Notes: a model not told the origin generated them from the sequence alone. 64,000 bases of DNA from Planctomycetota bacterium (GCA_965223265.1 OZ244999.1:1568001-1632000); one strand, 5' to 3'. Positions 51,401 through 60,492 are shown, counted from the first letter of the stretch. Translations and numbers: made by a program.

Positions 51401-54294
51401 CGTTTCAGAACCCCGGGAGTGCGACCGTTCACGAGAAGGTTGCGCGACTGGATTACGACGAGTTTGATCGACTGCTTCGAGTCCACGATGGTCCTTCTGG
51501 AGGAGCCGCGGACAACTTTCGCCGTCTCTACTATGACCTTGCGAGTCGGGTGACACTTCAGCGTGAATATGCTGCCGGGGCAACGGAGGGGGTGACTGCG
51601 CCTCTTCGGTCGCGTTCGATGGAGTATGACGAGCGAGGCCGACTTACACAATTGGAGCGGGGCGAAACTCTGTCTGACCAAATAACCTTTGAATTTGACA
51701 GAGCTGATCGATTGACCAAGAGAACGGACGACAACTCCAATGCGACGACGTTCGAATACGATGAAGCAGGAAGGGAGACCAAGAGGATTTTGCCTTCGAT
51801 CAATGGCCTCTCGACAGGTGAGAATTATACGCTTCTCGATTTCGACAAAAACGGAAACGTGACCAAAAGAACGTCTCACCAAGTTCAGACCGTCGCTCCG
51901 TCCTATACGAGCCACGATTTTGTATGGGAGATGACGTACGACGATCTCAATCGTCTCTCAACAGCAACCTTCAACGGTCATGACGGTTCGATTGGATATG
52001 ATCCTGTCTACACAGCAGACACATACGATACTAGGCATCTGTTGATCAAGCACACCAGTGTCGACGATGTTCCAACGGAGTTCGACTACGACGGTCTTGG
52101 CCGGTTAAAGGAGACGCGGGTGAATGCCGGAGGTTCGAGTCCTTCGGAGATAACCTTCGGAGTTGCCTACGACAAGTCCGGAAATGTGACGACGAGAACC
52201 GATGATGATGCAAACGATACCGACTACAGCTATGATGCACAGAATCGTTTAACGAAGATCGAGCATGCTGATGGTGATTGGCAGGAACTTCTGTATAACG
52301 ACCTCGGGAGAGTTGAAGAGCGATCGTACGGTAATGGGGCTTCAGAAAATCACAAAACTGAGCATCACTACAATACCTTGGGGCTCCTCACCAAGAGGTC
52401 GGTGAGCTGGACAACAACTCCGACTTGGCAGGACTACAATGAATACAAGACAACGGATGAGACATTCTCATACGACGGCGTCTATCGTTTGACTGAGGCC
52501 GATGACGACGACACACGAGTCGATATCGTTTACAACGAACTCGATCAGGTGACATCAGAGAAGCTGGACATCAAGGTGTCAGGATCTTGGAAAGGCGTCA
52601 AGACAACTTCCTATACTTGGGATGACACAGGAAGGCAGCTTGAACAGATTGACTACCCGGTTTCGTCCATCAGTTTTGAGTACACGAGCGACGAACTGGA
52701 TCGCATTGAAACAATCACGCATCTCGGTAGCTCTGTCGACCGAAAGATGGTCGAGTATTTCTATGAGGGTCCAGGTTCTCGAGTCATTGAGCGCCACAGA
52801 GCGTTCGACCTTGACGATACCAGCTCAATCAAGCACTTCAATTCTGACTACGAATACGATGCGCTTGCCCGCTTGACGACGATCGATCACAAAGTGAAAT
52901 CTTACACGAGTGGTGGGTCGTCCTCCGAGGCGACGATCCGGGCCTTCGATTCGACATGGGGAGACGGAACGTCTGGAAAGGCTTTTCAGCGATCAAGCTA
53001 TACCATTTCGGATTCTCTTGGGACCTTGGAAGACCACGATTATCTCTACGACAATGCTGGTCGGATGGTTGAAGACAAGCGCAAGATCGGGACCGATCCG
53101 ATCGAGGACTTCGATTACGACATTCAGAGTACGCAGTTCTTCAAGGAGCGGACGAAGGATGACGCTTCTCCTGCCGAAATCTCGTTTGTCAAAGCCACGG
53201 ATGGAAGTCTTCAGGCGACGAGCTACACCGAGGTGTCGACCAAGAATCTTACCTATGATACTGTCGGCAATCTCACATCGGATGTGTCATCCGACTACTA
53301 CTACGATCATGAAAATCGGCTTGTCTTTGCCGATGGGGGAGCCCCGTACTGGTTTCGATATGATGCGCTCGGACGGCTGGTGGAAGAAAACAAGGACGGA
53401 ACGCAGACCCTCTTCTACTACGCGCTGGGGCACATTGTTCAGGAGGTCAATACCTCTGGCGTATTGCAGTGGTTGAATCTCTTCGGCGTTGGAGCGGACG
53501 AGATCGTCTATACGGGGAAGAAGGGGTTTGGGAAGTTGACGACCCACCGGTTCCCTCTAACGAATCACTTGGGGTCAGTCGTGCTTGTTGTGGACGACTC
53601 GAATGTGGTGCAAACGACGGTTTCGTACGATACCGCATACGGTGAGACGACTGTTACAGGCTCTCACAACTATCCGTATGGATTTACTGGGAAACGGTAT
53701 TTTGACGGTGTCGACATCTATCACTACCGTACTCGGGCGTACTATCCGAAGCTTGGCCGATTTTTTCAAAGAAGATCCGAGGTCGCCTGGGAGGACCTAG
53801 GATATTCGTACGCCGAAGGAGATCCAATTAACAATGCTGACCCATCCAACTATATTCCGTTGACAGGGCGATCTAGATCTCGAACACTCGATACTCTTGG
53901 TATTCCTCTCAACAATTTTGGCCCATCCAACGATATCCTGTTGACAGAGCGATCTAGGTTTCGAACACTCGACACTCTTGGTATTCCTCCTAGTCCACCA
54001 GATGATGGATTCTCGCTTCCAAATAATTGCAATCTTGAGACCGTCATTTTTTGGTGCACATCATGTGCGTATTGTCTTAAGCCGCCTCGTAATCCGGCTC
54101 CAGTGTGCAATGGTGCTTGTGCTTCCTGTTTTTACTGTATCGGGAGGAAAGCGATTGACTTTATACCTGAGCTTCCTCCTCGTAAGCCGAAATGTCCAGA
54201 CTTTTGCAATATAGAATGCGATAATTGGGATCCGTGTCTTTGTGGTCCCAGCGATCCATATTATGATGACGTGGAATGTGGACACGATGGGTGA
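48430..54294 (+). CDS. RHS/YD-repeat protein: N-terminal TM/signal, IPT/TIG-like and Ig-like domains, DUF6531, YD shell, divergent RHS core, Cys-rich tip
   Basis: VLLHNGQF...GRGLNFTFKRTYQS...LGAGW (DUF6531); many YD repeats; NHLGSV, PYGFTGKR, YHYRTRAYYPKLGRF, DPINNADP core. Confidence 0.92.
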   Translation: MNSKRLSDLTQSLDKKKSHSLTRSKMKEHLRGRRAELYFTAVGLTLLTALFAAYLTVRQVKSASAVYESGPRLFSQSTSEVVPGASQQVLVVGEETHFGPESTIHSEVDGVYFDSVGFASEGELWFSIFVTSEAQRAEGSEIPVSVHSPKRDGTVEELPLSLRLTHRAAPLELDLVNLPDDGEAVVPTEHAMLGYEPRGYAPFHLEVVNLETGETQRQETQQKREHLGVPLELGVNAFQLTLRDALGREVTEVVEVYRESPEAKQLAAAFKAEMAFMADYTGQPTQWSSDPSEQVAASDCVLGNSLIGCGAGGGCGGGGISAPPNDYVTSLGGVDVRGDGVLLHNGQFRHEVVDMVIRGRGLNFTFKRTYQSGNYDKLDGYLGAGWDFNWGTHFLNTGKFSRGDNRRDTYSNLQKVGGEQVFQTHPKGYYDIKTYTKTSEIFQIKRNGLEQTFDEATGRLKSREDRYGNLFTASYSIAGKMTKLTDTLGREISFLYHTSGDGQGRLRKVEDFDGRQVEYEYASKGGRIVLTKVKYPSTSWINESGNPVTQSRTNEYEYDNTNGRLTAVVDGRGNTRVDNAYDANGRVTAQTVYGGASDYTFDYTVSSGKVDDVTYVTPEGNESRFYFDSSEHLSTKVEVDYKALGATTTSTATTLITRGCDCTVPTAVQEPDDGYTEWTIDSDGNVTEVLQYFDDQSPYTKTAGSDLVKKAYHAPVSDTEFGVMTKFVGPMAFTATPDENKYAIEITYDTSGNPTDITKADTTNPTQTLVIEERTYNSYGQLLTVSGEEGMETNYTYFTSGTQDGYLEKVRVKYRTTASYLETVFTYNVFGFIASRRDPEGNYTSFSRNDEQVVTIVTSPSPFSYKTHTDYNLNRQVVKTELENRHGTGARITGNEYWETEFLYDAAGNLTTQKREISQSGATVTWAEIDREYDDDYRLTLVRDPENRETKFELDERGLPTKVRRGNGSADESVVERDFDVDGQLVEITESFQNPGSATVHEKVARLDYDEFDRLLRVHDGPSGGAADNFRRLYYDLASRVTLQREYAAGATEGVTAPLRSRSMEYDERGRLTQLERGETLSDQITFEFDRADRLTKRTDDNSNATTFEYDEAGRETKRILPSINGLSTGENYTLLDFDKNGNVTKRTSHQVQTVAPSYTSHDFVWEMTYDDLNRLSTATFNGHDGSIGYDPVYTADTYDTRHLLIKHTSVDDVPTEFDYDGLGRLKETRVNAGGSSPSEITFGVAYDKSGNVTTRTDDDANDTDYSYDAQNRLTKIEHADGDWQELLYNDLGRVEERSYGNGASENHKTEHHYNTLGLLTKRSVSWTTTPTWQDYNEYKTTDETFSYDGVYRLTEADDDDTRVDIVYNELDQVTSEKLDIKVSGSWKGVKTTSYTWDDTGRQLEQIDYPVSSISFEYTSDELDRIETITHLGSSVDRKMVEYFYEGPGSRVIERHRAFDLDDTSSIKHFNSDYEYDALARLTTIDHKVKSYTSGGSSSEATIRAFDSTWGDGTSGKAFQRSSYTISDSLGTLEDHDYLYDNAGRMVEDKRKIGTDPIEDFDYDIQSTQFFKERTKDDASPAEISFVKATDGSLQATSYTEVSTKNLTYDTVGNLTSDVSSDYYYDHENRLVFADGGAPYWFRYDALGRLVEENKDGTQTLFYYALGHIVQEVNTSGVLQWLNLFGVGADEIVYTGKKGFGKLTTHRFPLTNHLGSVVLVVDDSNVVQTTVSYDTAYGETTVTGSHNYPYGFTGKRYFDGVDIYHYRTRAYYPKLGRFFQRRSEVAWEDLGYSYAEGDPINNADPSNYIPLTGRSRSRTLDTLGIPLNNFGPSNDILLTERSRFRTLDTLGIPPSPPDDGFSLPNNCNLETVIFWCTSCAYCLKPPRNPAPVCNGACASCFYCIGRKAIDFIPELPPRKPKCPDFCNIECDNWDPCLCGPSDPYYDDVECGHDG
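53830..53991 (+). repeat. 81-bp (27-codon) tandem duplication at the RHS core/tip junction
   Basis: NNADPSNYIPLTGRSRSRTLDTLGIPL followed by NNFGPSNDILLTERSRFRTLDTLGIPP; CCCATCCAAC at 53841 and 53922. Confidence 0.9.
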
Positions 54295-54390
54295 TATTCG
54301 GTGGATTTAGCGATGAGGGTAGGCCAGAGATGGGGCGTCTGAGTGGGTGATCTGACGGAGCAGGTTCACGGACTGTACGCAGTACTTTGA

Positions 54391-54588
54391 GATCTCCTAC
54401 AGTCCGAGTGGGTAGGTTCCTGGTAGTGGAGGGTCAAGCTGGACACCTCCGCTGTTGAGAAAGAGCATGGCGATCAAGGCGGAGGCGCTGTGAAAACCGA
54501 AGGCGCGCCTTCGGCTTAGCGCTTCCGCCTTGATCACGCCGCTCCTCTCAGCAGCGCCACAAGCCAGCTTGACGCTCCGGTAAGAGCG
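54391..54588 (-). mobile_element. ISL3-derived remnant forming a long fold-back
   Basis: Minus strand 54510-54397 reads RRAFGFHSASALIAMLFLNSGGVQLDPPLP..., resembling ISL3 transposase C-termini; 54433-54573 is an imperfect inverted repeat centred on CCGAAGGCGCGCCTTCGG. Confidence 0.65.
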
Positions 54589-55229
54589 GTTCTTGTCCTC
54601 GGGGGAAAACGCGCTGCGCTCTCGGCCTCGAGACGAAGATGCTCACAAGGACTCACACTAGCAGAACACGGCCGAACAGAGCGTCCACACAGACCACAAC
54701 GGCCTAAGCAGCCGTTGACGTTGAAGATCAGTGGCTCGCTTTACGCCTCCGATTTCGCACCTCAGATCTATAAGGCCCCGGAATCTGGTTTTCCGTGGCT
54801 TTTTTAGGGATTTATGGACGTTCTTAATCGCTGGGTGTGGCATACTTTGACACGTGGGAGGGGGGCCAGATTCTTTGGATATGGAATTCTCATTCTGCCC
54901 GGATCACTCCGCGCTGAGGACGAACCCGTGGGTGAAGATACGAGAATCATGATGTTTTTCGGGGAAAAGGTTGAGGATCGTTTTTGGAAGGCTTTCGTCC
55001 GGTCCTTAGTAATCAGGTACACAGGTGCTATGGATGTTGTTCACGAAGTGGAACTTCTTCATTTGTGTGTTGCTTGTTGCAGGCGTTGTATGCCAAGGCG
55101 ATGACTCCACGGAATCTGGTGAACGTCGGATCGAAATGGCGAAGAAGCTTCTAAGAGACGGAGTATTTACCAGTTCTTCCATTGATGAATACCTGGGCGC
55201 GTGCATTGAGCGTCTACAAGCACTAATGA

Positions 55230-56816
55230 GTTCCTGTTGCGGAAAGCGATGGACGACGGACTCCTGTTGAGGATTCGGGCGTCATCTGAACGCATCGAGT
55301 AATGCTTGCAAAAAAGAAGCGCATTCATATTCTCCAAGGTTGCAACCCGAAAGGAGGAAGAGAATGCGCTTGAAATCTGATCCGCAGCAGTATTTCCACT
55401 GGTCGACAGCATCGACGTCGAAGATCGTACGGGAGTACGAAGAGAAGTACAACAAGATCAGCGAGATTCTCGATCGGAACCCGGAGATCCTCACCCTCGC
55501 CGCTCGAGATCTCGGAAAGCTCTCGACGGGGAGGCGGAAGGGGCGGAAGGCGACGTTTACCGCGGAGAATCTCCTGCGGGCGCTCGTCGTCCATCAGATC
55601 GAAGGCACCGCGTTTCGGGGAACGGTGATCCGACTGGCTCACAACTCTTTCTTGCAAGACTTTTTGCGACTCGGCACACGACCGGTGATGGATCATTCGC
55701 TTCTCTGTCGGGCTTTTGGCGCTATCGGCCCGGCGACGTGGGGAAAGATCAACGACGCCCTTCGTGAATATGCGCTCGGCGAGGAGCGGATTTCTCCCGA
55801 GACGCTCCGGGTTGACACAACCGTCGTCGAATCGAACATCCATTGGCCGACGGACTCGTCGCTTCTTTGGGACGGCTGGAGAACGCTCTATCGCCTGCTC
55901 AGGAAAGTCTCAACGCACGAGCCGGGGCTGGTCGACAGCCGTTTCCACCAGCGCAAGGTGAAGAAGCTCCATCTCTTCGTGACGCGCTATTCGACGAGTT
56001 CGAGCAAGAAGCGTCAGAGACAGGTGAGGCGATCGCAGAAGAAACTCCTTTCGCACCTAGAACGAATCCTGCGGTTTTCTCGGGTTTTCAGTCAAGAGGC
56101 GAGAGAGCTCGCCGACGTATGGATCTGCGCGATCGGGCTCGAGATCGAGTCGTATCTCCCAAAGATCGAAAAGGCACTACGAGTTGCGAAGCGAGCGTGG
56201 ATCGACAGGGAGGTCGTACCGGCGAAGGAGAGAATATTCAGCATCTTCGAGCATCACACAGAGCTGATCAAGCGGGGCCGACGTCACAAGCCAGTGGAGT
56301 TCGGCCACATGGTCCTTCTCGGCCAGACGAACGAGAAGTTCATCACGCAGTGACGTGATGCGAAAGAAATTCCGGACTCGAATGAGGACATTCCAAGCGC
56401 CATGGAAGGTTTTCGGTGGTGGCCGACAAGGGATTTTGTGGCGACGTGAGGCGGAGCTGCGCGAAAAGGTGAAGGTGCTCGCAATCCCCAGCGCCTCAAA
56501 GAAGAGGCGTTCGTCGCGCTGCAGCATTTTCGAGCTCATCGAAGGCTCGAGACAGTATCGAGATTTAGGAATTTCGAAAGCCACGTGGCGCTCGGCGTCT
56601 TTTGCCACAACCTTGTACTTCTAACAGGTCCGCCTGGAAAGTGAGCTCACCGAGATAGATTCGACTGCCAAGAAAACAACGAAGGAAAGGGATGGTCGCT
56701 CCAGATTTCCTCGACTCGACTATACTTCACGCGATCGGCTTGACGATCGCGCAGGTCCTGGCGGAGCGATCGAGCAGACCGGTAGGTGGCTGATGCGTGC
56801 GAGTTTCAACAGGAAC
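55230..56816 (+). mobile_element. Decayed insertion sequence (ISNCY/IS5-like), 1587 bp
   Basis: Ends GTTCCTGTTG / CAACAGGAAC; direct repeat TAATGA at 55224-55229 and 56817-56822. Confidence 0.88.
55364..56624 (+). pseudogene. Truncated ISNCY/IS5-like transposase
   Basis: RVDTTVVESNIHWPTDSSLL, IFSIFEHHTELI, KPVEFGH; stop at 56351-56353; detached C-terminal remnant FESHVALGVFCHNLVLL near 56570-56623. Confidence 0.85.
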
Positions 56817-57753
56817 TAATGAGGCCGGACCCGAAGGCCGCGGAACGTTTGCTAGCCGACATGGAGGTCCTGCTTTCGGCGGTGCACGTGGCAGATGAGG
56901 AGTTAAAACCGTTGTTGCGTCGAGCCCGCGCTGTTGTCCCTGCCTACCGAAGACGACTGAAGATCATACATACCCCGATGGAAACATTGGAGACACGGTT
57001 GGAGAAGAATCCGGAAGACGTCGAGACGGTACGGAGCTACTACTTGAAATTGAGGGAGACCCTCCGTCAAGCGCTCCGCGGAGACCTGAAGCAGGTGGAG
57101 CGTATGGTAGTAGACGCGGAGGGGCGTCTGAGGGAGGTGCAGAAGGCTGTGACGGACGAGGCAGCCAAGCGGGAGATTCGTCTCGTACTGAAATACTTGG
57201 GGTCGATGGATCGAACCATGGAAGCTGTCAGAGCGCGACGTGCGATGGTCGGGAAGGACGCTTCGACCCAAAATTTCGGCGATTGGATAAACTCGGAACC
57301 GATCTCTCACGACGATCTGAAGGGACGTGTCGTACTTTTGGATTTCTGGGCGGTTTGGTGTGGGCCGTGCATCGCGACTTTCGGTCACCTCCGCGCGTGG
57401 CACGAGAGGTACGCGGCGGATGGACTGATGATCATCGGGGTCACTCGTTACTACGGCTACGCGTGGAACAACGTCCAGAAGCGTGCATACCGTTCACCTG
57501 GGAAGATCACACCAACCAGTGAACGCAAAATGCTCGAGGAATTTGCAGCACATCACGAGTTGCCATATCCGTTCGTCGTGCAACGGGATGGTGCCTTGGC
57601 CGGAGATTACCGGGTCCACAGCTTGCCGCATGTCGTATTGATCGACCGCAAGGGTAAAATCCGCCTAATGCGAGTTGGTAATACCCTCGAAAACACTCGA
57701 GAGGTAGAAGCTATGATTGACACTCTGATTCGGCAGCGTGACTCCTAAGGCAA

Positions 57754-57943
57754 TGAAACCTGTCCCAGGTTCGTTTTTCGAGCTCGCGGGGAATCCGTGA
57801 CTTGTTGCGGCGGGCAACTACTTCGAGCCACCGAAAACGCTTGCTCAACCTGAAACCTGTCCCAGGTTCGTTTTTCGAGTTTGCGGGGAATCCGTGACTT
57901 GTTGCGGCGGGCAACTACTTCGAGCCACCGAAAACGCTTGCTC
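57754..57943. repeat. Two near-identical 93-bp direct repeats (97-bp period) downstream of the RAYT gene
   Basis: TGAAACCTGTCCCAGGTTCG...GAAAACGCTTGCTC at 57754-57846 and 57851-57943, two differences. Confidence 0.92.
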
Positions 57944-58100
57944 CGCGGCGGACCGTCGGCAAAGACAATTTTTTTCGTGACGAAGGCGGTATCTTCATGC
58001 AGTTACCGCAATTTGTAGACGCAAGGTGGCAGTCGAGCTGTACCGGACTCGAAATTGACGCGCCGCGTACGAATCTATGATGACAAGTTCATGCAGCCCG

Positions 58101-59003
58101 CTACGGCGGCATTGGCGCACAGCGTGCCGCGAAGTGCACGCGCATCCAGTACGTTCCGTACGGGAAGAGCGCTTCGCGAAGGCCGTCGCAGAAGTCTCTC
58201 AGAGCCTGACGATATTCTCTGAGGAACCGTTTGTACTCCATGAGCGCATCGATTCGCCTCTGCTTGTCACGGCACGCAAAGCGAGGGACGAGCTTTCGAC
58301 GCGGCTCACCATTGCCAGGACGAGCTAGCGGACTCTGACGGCGCGCACGCTTGGCGCCCGCGAAACTCTTGCCGCGCCGAGCCATGTCAGCACGCAGTTC
58401 AGCTTCCCGCGTTTGGAGCTTTTCCTCGACGAGTAGCGCGAGCTCCTCGCCTCCGAGCCCGGAGGCGAAATTCGGTGAGGAGATGTTCAACGTGATGCAC
58501 TCAGGCGCCTCGCCAGCGTCCGGAAAGAAGAACGCTGGTCGTTCGACTTCAACACAAGTGCCAAAGTCCTGCGGCGACGAGCGTAGCCCCGGCCACTCGT
58601 CACCGCGCGAGACCAGCCCCGCCGCCACGGGGTTGGCGAGCACGTAGACGATCTTGTCGATGACATCGTCTTCGCCCACGAGCGTCAGGGCATTGTAGGA
58701 TCCGGGCGCCCAAACGTTCTCCCAGCGTCCATAGTATGCATTCAGCGCCCGAGCGATCAGGCAGTTCATATACTGCATGAACGCCGGCAAGTTGCCCAGC
58801 CGATCAGTAACCACCAAGTGATAGTGATTGCTCAGAGCGCAGTAAGCGTGCACGTCAACCGAGAAGCGCTCCGCGCCGCGCGCCAGCAGATAAAGAACCA
58901 CCTGACTCACCGCTTTGGACGGCCGCAGGAGGAATTGGCGCTGCGCACAGCGTCTGGTGATCATGTACGTCGTCCCTGGGATGATTCGTCGCGGCGCTGT
59001 CAT
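58101..59003 (-). CDS. REP-associated tyrosine transposase (RAYT, HUH Y1 family)
   Basis: YMITRRC, YCALSNHYHLVV (HUH), YVLANPVAAGLV...WPG motifs; ATG at 59003. Confidence 0.9.
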   Translation of the reverse strand: MTAPRRIIPGTTYMITRRCAQRQFLLRPSKAVSQVVLYLLARGAERFSVDVHAYCALSNHYHLVVTDRLGNLPAFMQYMNCLIARALNAYYGRWENVWAPGSYNALTLVGEDDVIDKIVYVLANPVAAGLVSRGDEWPGLRSSPQDFGTCVEVERPAFFFPDAGEAPECITLNISSPNFASGLGGEELALLVEEKLQTREAELRADMARRGKSFAGAKRARRQSPLARPGNGEPRRKLVPRFACRDKQRRIDALMEYKRFLREYRQALRDFCDGLREALFPYGTYWMRVHFAARCAPMPP

Positions 59004-59331
59004 CGCCGTCACGTATAGGCAAACGACGTTCCGCGGCGTCTGAGAGTTGCAAATTCGACGTAAGTCCGCGCTGGAACTCAGTCTCTTCGACACTACCGAC
59101 TCTCGAGGTGTCGCTCAGCTGTTTCGTAATTGCGACAGTGTTCGAATACGGACGCCCGAATCTGACATCGAAGTTTTTTTGTTCGATTTGTGACGATATT
59201 TTGTTGTTTGAGGGGGCGGAAAGATGACCCTGGGAACGGAACAAAAGGAAGATTGATTTGCGGTTTTGCACTGAAGACGGAGCTTGCGATTCGATGATTG
59301 AGTCTTAAGATCCGAAGAGGAGGCTAAAGTG

Positions 59332-59583
59332 ATGAACACAGCATGGCTCAAATGTGAAGTGAAACCGGGAATGTTCAGCGATGAGGTCGTCGTCGAGGTC
59401 ACGGCGTCGGACGGGCAGAACAGAGCCTACACGGTCCCCAAAGCAGAGGTCGTCGAGGGCAAGGTTCGAGTGAAGATTGGAGAACGCGAGGGCGTGATGT
59501 GGGCGAAACTTCCCACCGACCATCCGTACCACGCCATCGCAGTTCGAACCGCTGACCTAAGTGAACACCCCGTGCCCGCGTGA
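59332..59583 (+). CDS. Small hypothetical beta-rich protein
   Basis: GAGGAGG RBS; WLKCEVKPGMFSDE; stop overlaps the GTG of the next gene. Confidence 0.7.
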   Translation: MNTAWLKCEVKPGMFSDEVVVEVTASDGQNRAYTVPKAEVVEGKVRVKIGEREGVMWAKLPTDHPYHAIAVRTADLSEHPVPA

Positions 59584-60170
59584 TCCTCTCCAACGTCGAG
59601 ATCCACAAGGCCCTCGACGCAGGGCGGCTCAAGATTCAGCCTGAGCCGTCCCCGCGGTTCCCGTAGCCAGATAGCAAGGTCCAGTGCCCCTACAACACGA
59701 CTTCCGTCGACCTGCGCCTTGGTCAGGAGATTCTGATCCCAAAGGAGGATCCGCCGTTCAACATCGACTTGAGTATCGGCGCCTTCAAGGAGTTGCTTTC
59801 GCCCGAGAACTACACGAAGCGAACTCTGACAGCGGAGGACAAATACACACTTCCCCGGCGCAAATTCATCCTAGCGAAGACTCTCGAGCACGTGGCGTTC
59901 CACGTCCAAGAGAACGGCCCGACGCTGGCAGCCAGAATCGAGGGGAGGAGTTCGTACGCACGTTGTGGACTTCTCGTGCACTTCACCGCCCCCACAATCC
60001 ATGCCGGGTTCAGCGGCACGATCACACTGGAGATCACGAATCTCGGTGCAGCGGGGATCACGCTTGTAGCCGGAGTCCCCATCTGCCAACTCATCATCGA
60101 AGAGGTCCGGGGCACCCCGTTCGGGAATGAAAGCCAGTTCCAAGGGCAGACGACGCCGGGCGGGACGTAG
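59580..60170 (+). pseudogene. dcd: dCTP deaminase (trimeric dUTPase fold) with in-frame TAG at codon 29
   Basis: MILSNVEI...PRFP*PDSKVQCPYNTTSVDLRLG; EGRSSYARCGL, TAPTIHAGFSGTITLEI, ICQL, FQGQ; TAG at 59664-59666. Confidence 0.85.
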
Positions 60171-60246
60171 ACCGGATGTCAGCGAGGCAGCCGTTTCTTG
60201 CTCGATTTACGATGACATCTTGCTGCCGACGATCCAGAAACCCGTA

Positions 60247-60492
60247 TGGGTTCGCAGGTGGGTGAGATCGATCAAGGAAGATTGCCTGTCGAAGTTGATC
60301 CTATTCGGGGAAAGGTCACTACGACGAGCGCTCCTGGAGTACATTGCTCATCGCCACGGCGAACGAAATCACCAGGGAATGGACAACGTCATTCTGTTCC
60401 CGTCACCGGAGGACTCGTCGAACGACGGACTCGTTCGTTGTCGCGAGCGGCTCGGTGGACTGCTGAGGTTCTACCATCGAGATGCCGCATGA
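60247..60492 (+). pseudogene. C-terminal fragment of an integrase-core transposase
   Basis: WVRSIKEDCL...FGERSLRRAL...ERNHQG...RERLGGLLRFYHR. Confidence 0.8.

Larger units (their letters stand above)
55034..57748 (+). pseudogene. Exported TlpA-family thiol-disulfide reductase split by an IS
   Basis: 5' piece with signal peptide (MLFTKWNFFICVLLVAGVVCQG...ERLQALM) joins in frame to RPDPKAAERLL... when 55230-56822 is removed; LKGRVVLLDFWAVWCGPC thioredoxin motif. Confidence 0.85.

Noticed and set aside
54660-54830. Possible integron attC half-site or another IS end
   Set aside because: No matching GTTRRRY box at a suitable distance, no integrase and no partner inverted repeat found
56786-56816. 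ORF-track start of the TlpA gene (MADACEFQQE)
   Set aside because: These codons lie inside the IS right end; the native 5' end is at 55034
57754-57943. Possible CRISPR array
   Set aside because: Only two 93-bp near-identical units with no unique spacers and no cas genes in the window
59664-59666. Pyrrolysine or genome-wide TAG recoding
   Set aside because: TAG terminates several intact genes in this window (e.g. 13852-13854, 23480-23482) and no pyl genes are visible
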